Of a DNA stretch of 64,000 nt, positions 47,171 through 59,442 are shown one piece after another; the first letter of the stretch is position 1, and every line of letters begins with the position of its first letter. The DNA lies in contig NIVC01001728.1 of NCBI GenBank assembly GCA_002269645.1, forward strand, positions 1-64,000, given 5' to 3'. The notes under the pieces were generated by a model. The model had not been told where the DNA came from, did no database searches, and was given only the letters and a program-made list of their open reading frames with translations. This DNA is from Macrostomum lignano (taxonomy: Eukaryota). The translations under genes were made by a program, and so were the position numbers.

Positions 47171-49488
47171 TCATCCAACACATTCGCTAGTTGCCTCGTC
47201 AATCTGAGGCGTCAGCTCGCTGTCATCGTCAGTCAGGTGAGTGTCAGCCGAGCAGGCTGTCAGACAGAGACCGTCCGGCAGCACCGCCTGACTGGCTGAC
47301 AGGTCCACCAGGTAGGCCAGGATGTCGTCTTGAAGCAGCTGGCGCCGGTTGCGGAGGCTGTCGGCTAAGCGGATGAGGCGCGGCTCGGCGCTGGAGATCA
47401 GCAGATCCACCGTGCGGGCCTGCGGGATGGGGATTCGGATGCTGCGGTTGGTGATGATGGGGACGCTGGGATTGATGATGATGATGGTGGGGTTGATGAT
47501 GATGGGGACGCTGGGATTGATGATAATGATGGTGGGGTTGATGATGATGGGGACGCTGGGATTGATGATGATGATGGTGGGGTTGATGATGATGGGGACG
47601 CTGGGATTGATGATGATGAAGATACTGGGATTGATGATGATGGGGACGCTGGGATTGATGATGATGAAGATACTGGGATTGATGATGATGGGGACGCTGG
47701 GATTGATGATGATGCGGACGCTGGGATTGATGATGATGAAGATGCTGGGATTGATGATGATGGGGACACTAGGATTGATGATGAGGATTTCTGATTTGGT
47801 GAAGGGATTGATGGACACGCATGAAGAAGCATCTTGACTTTTCTACAGCTAAACAACAGTTAAGAAAGCTAAAGAAATAAATAAAACTAAATCTAAATTC
47901 CTAATGGAGCATTCGAGCTCGAATCCACCTGAAAATCGGCGACCCGCTGACGAGCAGAGAAGCTTCTGCCGCCCTCGGGCGGATCAAACAGCGCCGACGG
48001 TGGCAGGCGACGAAGGCAGTTGGCGATAGCGGTTTCTATGGCAAGAGCAGTTCGCCTGGCCTCCCCTTTGCGCCAGGTGTCCGCCAGGAACTTGTGGGCT
48101 CTGCCTGACGCCAGGAACAGCCACAGGAAGCTCTGGCGGAATCTCTGCTCTCGCGTTTTGCCGGAGCTGCAGCGGGAGCATGAATGGAAGCAAGTGAAGA
48201 GTTTCTCAGCAGCAACCCCACCTGAGACCAGCAACCCTACCTGAGAGACCAGCAACCCCACTTGAGAGGCCAGCAACCCTACCTGAGAGACCAGCAACCC
48301 TACCTGAGACCAGCAACCCCACCTGAGACCAGCAATCCTACCTGAGAGACCAGCAATCCTACCTGAGAGACCAGCAACCCCACTTGAGAGGCCAGCAACC
48401 CCACTTGAGAGACCAGAAACCCCACCTGAGAGACCCGCAATCCTACCTGAGAGACCAGCAACCCCACTTGAGAGGCCAGCAACCCCACTTGAGAGACCAG
48501 AAACCCCACCTGAGAGACCCGCAACCCTACCTGAGAGACCAGCAACCCTACTTGAGAGACCAGCAACCCTACCTGAGAGACCAGCAACCCTACCTGAGAG
48601 ACCAGCAATCCTACCTGAGAGACCAGCAACCCCACCTGAGAGACCAGCAACCCTACCTGAGAGACCAGCAACCCTACCTGAGAGACCAGCAACCCCACCT
48701 GAGAGACCCGCAACCCTACCTGAGAGACCAGCAACCCTATTTGAGAGGCCAGCAACCCTACTTGAGAGACCAGCAACCCTACTTGAGAGGCCAGCAACCC
48801 CACTTGAGAGACCAGCAACCTCACTGAGAGACCCGCAACCCTACCTGAGAGACCAGCAACCCTACTTGAGAGACCAGCAACCCTACCTGAGAGACCAGCA
48901 ACCCTACTTGAGAGGCCAGCAACCCCACTTGAGAGACCAGCAACCTCACCTGAGACCCGCAACCCTACCTGAGAGACCAGCAACCCTACCTGAGAGACCC
49001 GCAACTCACGCAGATCTGGGCAAATCAGTGTCAGGAGGATACAGCCGATTCAAGCGGGTCATCAGTTCGGTAAAATTATCTGCATCCGAGTCCAACAGCA
49101 GCATCAGGTGACACCTGGCTAAAAGGTGACGCAAATCTCTCAGCGAATCGCTGGGACAAGAGTCGCCAAACAATTTGACATCGCTGTCTATTAACTCTAC
49201 GCCGAGAAGACAGGCCTTCGGACTGAGCCTGGCCGGCAGACACAAGAACCAGGTGAGGTTGCGCAGACGTGTCATGACAGACGGGTGCCACTGCTGCTGC
49301 ATCTGCATGTACAGCCTCGCAGCTGCCGTTCTGTACCTGGCCCTGATGCAGTACAGCAGCAGATCTGCGTGCACCAATTGGCACAGACTGCTGCCAGCAC
49401 CCGCAGGAGGCTCGCCAGCTACACTATCTGCATTGGCATAGTTGCAGTCTTCTTCTTCTAAAAGCAATTTGACGCCTGATTGCTTCGC
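47171..49488 (-). CDS. Unidentified Leu-rich helical protein, last three exons
   Basis: Exons 49488-49010 (tttttcag|AKQSGVKLL...DLPRS, GC|gtgagt), 48166-47929 (ctgcag|...ADFQ|gtggat) and 47419-47171 (ccgcag|ARTVDLL...SECVG*). Phases 2 and 0 agree; no recognisable domain; upstream exon not found. Confidence 0.68.
47430..47815. repeat. GGGA(C/T)GCTGGGATT(GAT)n compound repeat abutting a splice acceptor
   Basis: About 14 units inside intron 47420-47928. Confidence 0.9.
48211..49003. repeat. 21-bp minisatellite (CCTGAGAGACCAGCAACCCTA)n
   Basis: About 37 units filling intron 48167-49009 and starting within a few nt of the donor. Confidence 0.95.
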
Positions 49489-50014
49489 CTGAAAAAAGTC
49501 AATCACGTGATTCAATCAGCTGATTTATCCAAAATAAAAAGATAATTTAAGGCCAATCAAATATCAACACCGACGTTAGCAAGACAAGCCTACAGAGTTT
49601 GAATTCAATTAATCAACAGACTGCGTGACTGCAATTTATTTGTAATGATCAAAGTCAAAATAAACCAAATATTTTAATTCCTAAATATTGCTAACCACAA
49701 AAGGAACAACAATATCAAATATAAAAGTGCTTTCAATGCAAGTCTAAATAGCTGACTGACTGTTACAACTGAAAATAAATTGAATCTAATCACCAGGCTT
49801 TGCAAAACTTTGCTTTTAGTAGAAAAATGCAAGAGTAAAATAATCAACAGCAACGTTTTTGCGATTTATATTAGCAAATTTGATGGTTGAGAATTGAACA
49901 AAGCTGAAAAAATGGAACGATTTCAAAGGTCAAAATATATCAGCTGGTTTAGCAGCGAGGTCAAAACATCTGGTGCTTGTGCTTCTGGGACTTCGGAATC
50001 GGGATCAAGAGCTT

Positions 50015-51745
50015 GGAAAGATCGGGATCAACAGTATTTGAGATCGGGATCAATAGTATTTAAGATCGGGATCAATAGGATTTGAGATCGGGATCAACAG
50101 TATTTGAGATCGGGATTAACAGTATTTAAGATCGGGATCAATAGGATTTGAGATCGGGATCAACAGTATTGGAGATCGGGATCAACAGTATTTGAGATCG
50201 AGATCAACAGTATTTGAGATCGGGATCAATAGGATTTGAGATCGGGATCAACAGTATTTGAGATCGGGATCAACAGTATTTGAGATCGAGATCAACAGTA
50301 TTTAAGATCGGAATCAACAGTATTTGAGATCGAGATCAACAGTATTTGAGATCGGGATCAACAGTATTGGAGATCGAGATCAACAGTATTTGAGATCGGG
50401 ATCAACAGTATTGGAGATCGGGATCAACAGTATTTAAGATCGGGATCAACAGTATTTGAGATCGGGATCAACAGTATTGGAGATCGGGATCAACAGTATT
50501 TAAGATCGGGATCAATAGGATTTGAGATCGGGATCAATAGTATTTGAGATCGGGATCAACAGTATTTAAGATCGGGATCAATAGGATTTGAGATCGGGAT
50601 CAATAGAATTTGAGATCGGGATCAACAGTATTTGAGATCGAGATCAACAGTATTTAAGATCGGGATCAATAGTATTTGAGATCGGGATCAACAGTATTTA
50701 AGATCGGGATCAATAGGATTTGAGATCGAGATCAACAGTATTTGAGATCGGGATCAATAGGATTTGAGATCGGGATCAACAGTATTTGAGATCGGGATCA
50801 ACAGTATTTGAGATCGAGATCAACAGTATTTAAGATCGGGATCAACAGTATTTGAGATCGAGATCAACAGTATTTGAGATCGGGATCAGCAGTATTGGAG
50901 ATCGGGATCAACAGTATTTAAGATCGGGATCAATAGGATTTGAGATCGGGATCAATAGTATTTGAGATCGGGATCAACAGTATTTAAGATCGGGATCAAT
51001 AGGATTTGAGATCGGGATCAATAGAATTTGAGATCGGGATCAACAGTATTTGAGATCGAGATCAACAGTATTTAAGATCGGGATCAATAGTATTTGAGAT
51101 CGGGATCAACAGTATTGGAGATCGGGATCAACAGTATTTGAGATCGAGATCAACAGTTTTTGAGATCGGGATCAACAGTATTTGAGATCGGGATCAACAG
51201 TATTTGAGGTTGGGATCAACAGTATTTGAGATCGAGATCAACAGTATTTAAGATCGGGATCAACAGTATTTGAGATCGGGATCAATAGTATTTGAGATCG
51301 GGATCAACAGTATTTGAGATCGGGATCAATAGGATTTGAGATCGGGATCAACAGTATTTGAGATCGGGATCAACAGTATTTGAGATCGGGATCAACAGTA
51401 TTTGAGGTTGGGATCAACAGTATTTGAGATCGGGATCAACAGTATTAGAGATCGGGATCAACAGTATTTGAGATCGGGATCAATAGTATTTGGGATCGGG
51501 ATCAACAGTATGAGATCGGGATCAATAGGATTTGAGATCGGGATCAACAGTATTTGAGATCGGGATCAACAGTATTGGAGATCGGGATCAACAGTATTGG
51601 AGATCGGGATCAACAGTATTGGAGATCGGGATCAACAGTATTTGAGATCGGGATCAACAGTATTTGAGATCGGGATCAATAGGATTTGAGATCGGGATCA
51701 ACAGTATTTGAGGTTGGGATCAACAGCATTTGAGATTGTGATCGA
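50015..51745. repeat. 22-bp minisatellite (GAGATCGGGATCAACAGTATTT)n
   Basis: About 78 units. Confidence 0.96.
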
Positions 51746-51787
51746 GAATCAAGAGTCTCCTGTGCAGGGAAGAAACTCAAATTCGAC

Positions 51788-52396
51788 TCAAATCCAAGGA
51801 TTCTTGAACAAAGACGCCAGCGAAGCCCTCAGCCGCATGCAGACAGCCGTTTTGACTCGCTGATGCTCGTCAATCACAGCGGCGGTCACTCCTTGGCCGC
51901 GCCGCCGATGCTGGCCATCATTGAAGCCAGCTTCATCACCGCGACGTTTGTAACCATGGTGACGCGTCAGGTCGGTCTCCATGCAGGCTGGGCAGTTGCG
52001 AGCTCTAACGCCCCTAGCAACAAGCATTCGAGACCGGCTTTTCTGCCTTGGTTTCTTTCTACTATTGCCATTGGAATTTCTAGCCAACACTTTCCGTGAC
52101 TTGCTACTGCTAGTAGCAGGTGAGACATTAGCACGAGAGCAGTCGCTGAGCCACTTCATAACCTGGCTATACTTGACCTCACTCAGGTACATTTGAGGTG
52201 GCCTGCGCAGCACTGCTTCATTGGCAGCAGCAGCCTGAGTGGCAGCCACCAACTTCATCTGGTTTGTATGCTCAACAAGGCTAGGATGCCTCGGCCGAAG
52301 CAGGTAATTATAGCCACATTGCTTGGCGGCAGCCCGGCGACTGCGCAACATTTTTATCAGCTTTGGGTTGATAAATTTGGAAACATCGTCAGCCAT
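51788..52396 (-). CDS. Orphan 202-aa basic ORF (MADDVSKFINPKLIKMLRS...), possibly a first exon or separate gene
   Basis: GC-rich open frame in AT-rich context; ATG is preceded by an acceptor-like ttttcag about 35 nt upstream; no recognisable domain. Confidence 0.5.
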   Translation of the reverse strand: MADDVSKFINPKLIKMLRSRRAAAKQCGYNYLLRPRHPSLVEHTNQMKLVAATQAAAANEAVLRRPPQMYLSEVKYSQVMKWLSDCSRANVSPATSSSKSRKVLARNSNGNSRKKPRQKSRSRMLVARGVRARNCPACMETDLTRHHGYKRRGDEAGFNDGQHRRRGQGVTAAVIDEHQRVKTAVCMRLRASLASLFKNPWI

Positions 52397-52574
52397 TTTA
52401 AAAAAAACCGATTTTGTGTCTTCAGAAAGTCTGAAAATTTATTAAGGAGATTAGGCAGTGCGCAGAAAAACTTGAAAATTGTAATTGTAATAAGATACTT
52501 ACTGATAGCTACTGAAAATATTTTTCTTATATTTATACTTACAGTAGAGCATCAAATATAAGTTCTAAGAACTT

Positions 52575-52935
52575 ATAAAGAGTTCAAGAGTTTGTAAAGA
52601 AGCTAAGAGTAAAGATGCTAAGAGTGGAAAGAAGCTAAGAGTAAAGAAGCTAAGAGTAAAGATGCTAAGAGTGGAAAGAAGCTAAGAGTGGAAAGAAGCT
52701 AAGAGTAAAGAAGCTAAGAGTAAAGATGCTAAGAGTAAAGATGCTAAGAGTAAAGAAGCTAAGAGTAAAGAAGCTAAGAGTAAAGATGCTAAGAGTAAAG
52801 ATGCTAAGAGTAAAGATGCTAAGAGTAAAGAAGCTAAGAGTAAAGATGCTAAGAGTAAAGATGCTAAGAGTAAAGATGCTAAGAGTAAAGATGCTAAGAG
52901 TAAAGAAGCTAAGAGTAAAGTGGAAGCTGAGAGTA
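52575..52935. repeat. 15-bp minisatellite (GCTAAGAGTAAAGA(T/A))n
   Basis: About 24 units; explains the spurious (KMLRV)n and (LLLAS)n ORFs. Confidence 0.93.
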
Positions 52936-53549
52936 GAAAAAGGTTGAGAGAAAGAGTTCTGCTATAGCTACAGATATAGCTATAGGAAGTTATAGATATG
53001 GAGGGTTTTAGGCAAAGCATACAATATACTTGTAGATATCTTTGTGACTTAGTTGCTCCTTTTGCGACTTACCTAATCCTTTTTGATTTACCTAATCATT
53101 TGTGCAACTTAATTTGCTTCTGTTGCAACTTGTTTTTCTTTTGCTTTACCATGTTTACTTTCCTGTACCACTCTTCTCTTTCTTTTTTCTCTTGCCTTTC
53201 TTTCTTAGTTCTTGGCTTTTTTCGTTTTTGGTTGACTTAATTTTGTGACTTACCCTGGTCCACCACAGTTTACAGTGGCCAGATTGGCCAGCAGTTGTGC
53301 ATGTATGATTGGCTATTTGGCCCAAGGTAGTGTAGCCAGTCTCTAGTAAAGAAAGGACAGTGACAAACAAAGTGCTGAGTATTTTTGTTGTTGTATTAGC
53401 AAAAAGCCAAGTTTGCTTTAGAGATTGCCTTGGAGGAAGCAGTGCTTGGCAAGGTAGCAGCCTATAAGGCTGCTTGGCTATTGGAGTGAATGACAATAAT
53501 CTCCCCTCTATATTTTTGGCATTTAGCTTTGCCCTATTGGAATAAATGT

Positions 53550-54105
53550 TAAAAACCCGCGGACGCACGCTTTAGAAAAGAGTCAAACTATTTTACCGCG
53601 CTTTAGGATTATTAGAGATGTTCCGAAAGATCTGCAGTTTCGTCGAAATCAAAATTTGCTAACTTTCCAAAATCAAAATTGAAATTTCCCGAAATCATAA
53701 TTCAGAAAAACAAAGTTTAGTATGATCAACACTCACTTTTTTACTTTTAATTTACTGCTTAAGCAAAAAGTAATACATGTATATGTAGTAGAAAGTAGTT
53801 TATTTTTAGCGACTTTTTAGACACTACCAAAATTTTCACTTCTAAATTTTATTTCGAAATTGAAAGTCGCTCTAAAAAATTTCAAATTTTGGAAAATTGA
53901 AATTGAATTTTCGGAACATCTCTAAGCTTAATAAATTACGAGTGTATAAGCCCCTTCAACAGAGGTATTATACCCATTTCCATGTATATGTATTTGCTAG
54001 AGCAGCAGCCAGTAAGAAAGGGCAGCGCGCGCAGGCGCTGCGCCTGTGCGCGCGCTGCGCTTTAGAAAAATTTCAAAAGTGCGCCGGACACCGTCCACGG
54101 TTTTA
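53550..54105. mobile_element. MITE-like element with short TIR and internal inverted repeat
   Basis: TAAAAACCCGCGGACG pairs with CGTCCACGGTTTTA; internal TTAGAGATGTTCCGAAA (~53610) pairs with TTTCGGAACATCTCTAA (~53909). Confidence 0.5.
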
Positions 54106-55647
54106 CAACTTTTTCCTATAGGGTAGCTTTGCAGTGCAAGAGCTAATGGCAAGGATTAGACTTAGGGATTAAGAACTCTATGAACTTGTCTTCTTAGGCT
54201 AGGGTCTAAGAACTCTAAGAACTCTTTTCTTTAAGAAAGACCTTCAAGAGAATTTAAGATAGAGGAGAAAGTAGCAAGAAGAATTAAGAGAAAAAAGAAG
54301 AGATATAATTGAAAAAAGATAATATAATAAATAAGATAAGAGAGAAAACAGCAGAAGAGAGAGAGGATAGAGAAAGAAGACAAGATGATATAAATAGGGC
54401 CTAAGTTGAAAAAAAGAGAAAAAGAAAATAAGGAGTATAGATTACTAAGGTACTTTGATATTTATCATATGTATATAGATATCATATGTAAGCCTACATG
54501 ATCAATGACCTTTTTTCATGACCTATATAAAAAATTAAAAAATCAAACAATAAGCATAATAGATATGCATATATCCTATATCCCAAATCCTGCTATTGAA
54601 GAAGAGGAAAGATGCAAGAAGAGAGAAAAAACAAGAGGACAAAAGTTTAAAATCTTTGAATCTTATTTTAAGACAAATTTAGAGCCTAGGCTATTCAAAT
54701 TTTTGTATAGGCCTAGACCTATTTCTATCATAATTATTAGGCCTAGCTTAAACGGGTGATGGTCATTTCGTCAACTGGCGTTTCGTCAACTCGGTTGACG
54801 AAGTGACCAAAGTGTTGGGGCGACTTTACTGGTGGTTGACGAAGTGACCAATGCCTAGGTCCTTCCCATTTGCTTTTTGACGAAGTGACTAAAAAAATTT
54901 CATTATATGAATGATAGGCCTAACGTATGTAGCTGATACAGCTGCATATCTTGTATAGCTTACAATTATTGTTATATCGATGACTTGTTTTATTAATTGC
55001 CTTATTTTTAAAAAATAAACAATTTTTGCAATTGAAAAATTGCAATGCCAGACTGCATGTCCATTTGGTTAAATGTTTCGATGCAAATATTCTATGCAAA
55101 TGCGTCACCCCATGCGCACTCATACCCATATGCGTCCGGGCATTAATGAATATTGAGTATTTGTGTGTTATGCGACCATACACGCGACTACATAACATGG
55201 GTATTTCTCCTATCAAACGCGTCGAGGACTGCTATAAAGTCCCCTATATATGGAGCCGTGAAAATTGGTGGACTGCGTGCGCCTCATTCCCACCCCTCCA
55301 CCCCGCTGTGCACAGTCAACCGAAGCCCCCGCAGCGAATCTTGATATCCGGTAATGCTCTTGTTCGGGAGTGTATAATTACGCACGATTCACGCGCGCTC
55401 ATTGATCGATCATGCTGTACATGTATTAAGGTATTGCACTCCCTGTCATGCTTAACACTAAAATGTACAATGCACTGTAAGAAGGCACAAGCAGACACGA
55501 GCAGACAGACGCAAAGGCACAGGCAGACGCGCAAACCGATCGGCGATATTGGGTGCAGTACCACAGCGGCGTGCTCTTGATTCGTGCATTCCTGCTCATG
55601 TAGCTGCACAAGACTTGGCCATGTGCCTAAGCCTAGTGCTTTTATGT

Positions 55648-56246
55648 GTTGGGTCAGCAAACTTTTTACCTCAAGGGCCAGATTGAGAACCTAGCGCAAA
55701 TGACTGCCCTTCTGGGTCCGCTTCGCTGGGCCCCTAAGCAAAATGCGCCCAGGAGTCCCTGATGATTGCAAGCCAAAGGAGGGAGAGAGGATAGGGAATA
55801 GAGAGGAGAAATACGAGCTGGCGTACTCATAGAAGAAAGGATCGAGAGGTGAAGGAATAAGGATAAGAGAGTATACGATCGAGAGGAGAGATGAAATAGG
55901 AGAGGAATTATCGAGAGGAGAGGAGAGACGAATTAATAGAGGAGAGAGGAGAGGAGAGACGAATTAATAGAGAAGAGAGGAGAGGAGAGGATTGAGAGAA
56001 GAGGGAAGGGAGAAGAGAATGGAGAAGAAAAGGAAGAGGAGAGGAGAGAGGTGAGAGATGAGAAGAAAGGAGAGAGGAGAGGAGAGGACAGGTGAGAGAG
56101 AAGAGAGAGGTGAGAGAAGAGAGCTGAAAAGAGACACAAAAATTGAGCACTCCGGATTTCTATTATGAAGATTCAAAGGATCCGAGGGCCGGATAGAGAC
56201 TTTGCGGGCCACATGTGGCCCGCGAACTGGAGTTTGACGACCCCTG
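55648..56246 (-). mobile_element. hAT (Charlie-like) non-autonomous element with GA-rich interior
   Basis: Right end GCGGGCCACATGTGGCCCGCGAACTGGAGTTTGACGACCCCTG; left end GGGTCAGCAAACTTTTTACCTCAAGGGCCAGATT. Flanks TTTTATGT / TTTTAGCT. Confidence 0.75.
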
Positions 56247-56828
56247 TTTTAGCTATTTAGCCCTTCTCCTTTGGGGCCTCTGATCGAAATTTCGAGTCTG
56301 CCGCAATCCCAAGACTTAATTAAACCGCTGCGGGCGCTGCAACCAAAATCACTAAAATGCCGTCAGCTAAAAGAATAGATAGCGCCAAGAGATCCAGAAA
56401 ATTACTGGTCTTGCATGCCCTTGCAATTTTCATTTATTTGAGATATCTATGACTATATATACTAAATAAATTAGTCAAGGACCACTGAAGTCACTTAAGC
56501 GCAGTCCTTGAAATGAGTGCAGTATACAGTTGCGCAATGTTTGAATTAGTTGAACATTTGAGCATTTTCAGCTAGACTTTCGGCTACTCCAACACAGAAT
56601 TGAATATTGGCCTGGTTATGCCATAATGCCACAAACTAGCAGCAAGAGTTTGGGTGCCCTTAGGTTAGAAGAAATTATGAGCAATATGCCCTCCCATCAT
56701 TAGCCCCCCCCCACTCTGAAATATGTTCCGACACTATACTGGCTTGAGCTACAGTACATTTACATGTAGTCTGGGGAGTCCTGCAGTCCGAGGCCAGCTT
56801 ATGTACAGCTGACCGCTAGAGGGCAGCG

Positions 56829-57020
56829 TTGTTCCAGGCGAGGCGGTGATCGAGACCGTCCTGCTGTACAACGTCAAGACCTGGACGCTGATGAAGTCGC
56901 TCGAGCAACGTTGACGCGGCGCACGCTGGCCTGCTGCGCGCCTTCAAGATCGCCTACGCGAGTGACCATAATACGGCTTTTGTATCACCGCGCCGACCTG
57001 TTCCGTCCAAGCGACCTGCA
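56829..57020 (+). mobile_element. Decayed non-LTR retrotransposon (RTE-like) ORF2 3' fragment
   Basis: With frameshifts reads LFQA.VIETVLLYNVKTWTLMKSLEQR.DAAHAGLLRA.FKI..RVT..ALYHRADLFRPSDL, matching the VESVLLYG.ETWTL motif downstream of the RT domain. Confidence 0.75.
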
Positions 57021-57376
57021 TTCATGTATGCAATGGCTTGATTTGGAATGCTTTCTATATGTATGTTTTGCGAATAGAGGACCCGGCCACTTCAAGCATT
57101 ATCTTTGGTCCGGGTTCTCCCCAACTACATGTACTACTTCTTAATTAACTTCTGCATTCAAAATTTAACATACAAATGTGCACACGGGATGTAACCCCGT
57201 CGTGCTGCACACGTTTCAAACACATGGGCGCATTATTTTTGTTAGTACATGTACAAGCGTATAACAGAGACGCATCGATCGAAAGCCGGCAGATGTTGCA
57301 GGGGGTATGAATATTAATTAGCCTGTCGACTTAGTCATTTCAGGGTTCAGTTTTACTTTTTTGCGGCTGCGGGGGG

Positions 57377-57962
57377 TTGACTTGCCAACGCATCTCGCAT
57401 GCGTCAAGAGAAAAATAAAGTTTCGTAGCTCTGCGTTGAGTAGAAGTGTCTGTCAGCGAATGTCAAGCTGGACCCCCAAAATACACTACGGAGATAGGAA
57501 CACAGTTTGCAGGTGAATAACTCGTACAGGCTTTAAGCTAGGGTGCTGATTTTTGACTTGCCAACGCATCTCGCGTGCGTCAAGAGAAAAATAAAGTTTC
57601 GTAGCTCTGCGTTGAGTAGAAGTGTCTGTCAGCGAATGTCAAGCTGGACCCCTAAAATACACTACGGAGATAGGAACACAGTTTGCAGGTGAATAACTCG
57701 TACAGGCTTTAAGCTAGGGTGCTGATTTTTGACTTGCCAACGCATCTCGCGTGCGTCAAGAGAAAAATAAAGTTTCGTAGCTCTGCGTTGAGTAGAAGTG
57801 TCTGTCAGCGAATGTCAAGCTGGACCCCCAAAATACACTACGGAGATAGGAACACAGTTTGCAGGTGAATAACTCGTACAGGCTTTAAGCTAGGGTGCTG
57901 ATTTTTGACTTGCCAACGCATCTCGCATGCGTCAAGAGAAAAAAAAGTTTCGTAGCTCTGCG
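57377..57962. repeat. 176-bp tandem repeat, ~3.3 copies
   Basis: TTGACTTGCCAACG starts at 57377, 57553, 57729 and 57905; units nearly identical. Confidence 0.95.
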
Positions 57963-58923
57963 TGTATTTTAAGCCGTTTTGTTGAGTTGCATAATAATAC
58001 ACTAAGGAGATAGGAACAAACTTTATTTGTGAATAATTTGTACAGTCTATTTTTAAATGCTGAGATATTTTACGTAGTTTTTTTTCTTGATTGCGTCAAA
58101 GTTTTTGTAAAATTTTAAAGCGTTTCGTTCAAGTAAAGAAAAGTTACAGCGGCTTTGTTAAAATTTGAATGTGAATCTGAATGTCAATCGGGAGATGAAT
58201 ACGTAATTTTAATTCATTATTTAAGTTTATTAGTAAGTTGTTACATCTGTATGATCATGGTCATAAACAAAGAGATTAATTAGGCATTTAGGTAAATACG
58301 AATACATTCGTAATGTTATAACTTCTCGTCAGACTTGTATTTTTGTTTTTTTCTTTGCAAATTCGTTAATCCGTTAGTTCAAAAAAATCTTAACGGCAGT
58401 CCGTTCCGTTAACGTTAATGAAAAATCTTAACGCTTATTAACGCTTATTAACAGACCGGTGCCCAACACTGATATCAATGCTCACAACAGCCGGCCAATT
58501 TTATTCAACTCAAGAACTGCAAATTCAGCCCTCAATTGTAGGCTGTTCAGTATGGTAGATCTTGAAGTCTTATGAATTTGTTCAATGTTTAAATTATATA
58601 AATGTTTCTTTGAAATACTGCGATAAACAAAATTACACATAAAAAATACCACCTTATTATATCTCTTTGCATGACTCAAAATATCTAATTATGGAAAATA
58701 AGGCCTCTAGCCCTATGAGTTTTGTAGGCCCTAGTTAATTTTACTCTTTCTTTTAAAAAAAATTTTTTTCAGCCAGCAACAACGCGTAGGCCCTACCTGT
58801 GTATATTATGCATTGTGAGACTGTTAAGCTGCTTTTGTTCTGCACCCTACTAAAAAACGAAAACTATCTTTCTAGATTCTAAGCTCTAAGCTGTCTGAGA
58901 GATGCATGCTATTTGGGCCTGGC

Positions 58924-59442
58924 GGCTAGGCTATCCTGCAGAATCGTTCGTTAAATTCACTGTACGCACATTTTTTTAGCTATTGACATGAAACTCCAAA
59001 AATGAATACTTCAATTATGGAATTATTTAATACGAATGGAATTTTAATGACAAAACACTTCTAAAATGATGGCATAGGCCTAATGAAATTATTCATTTTT
59101 GGCAAGTTTCACGTCAAAGCTAAAAAAAATGTGCGGCGATCCTCTTTCAGTTTCCCACTCTAAATTATTTAAACCCCGGCCGCCTACAACACATTGGCCA
59201 ACCATCTGATGGTCATCTTTCGGTGATTGAGCTTTCCCCCATCAGCACTTTGACAATATCTCTACTTGATAACACACTACTACCCTATGTAGAACTCTGT
59301 GAACTCTTTGCGAAAAATCTGTGAGCTTGTCAGACTCTGAAAAGTTCAAAAAGGGGTTTAAAAAATTTAGAGTGGGAAACCAAAAGATTGCTAAATGTGC
59401 GTGCAGTGAATTTAACGAATGGAACGATTTTGCAGGATAGCC
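58924..59442. mobile_element. Mutator-like (MULE) non-autonomous element, 9-bp TSD
   Basis: GGGCCTGGC at 58915-58923 and 59443-59451. TIR GGCTATCCTGCAGAATCGTTCGTTAAATTCACTG pairs with CAGTGAATTTAACGAATGGAACGATTTTGCAGGATAGCC. Inner inverted pair at ~59140 and ~59360. Confidence 0.78.

Noticed and set aside
31243-51745. CRISPR-like regularly spaced palindromic repeats
   Set aside because: Units are contiguous without unique spacers, there are no cas genes, and the DNA is eukaryotic.
54920-55660. Overlapping ORFs on both strands (184 aa etc.)
   Set aside because: No codon bias, domain or splice support; the sequence lies between transposon remnants.
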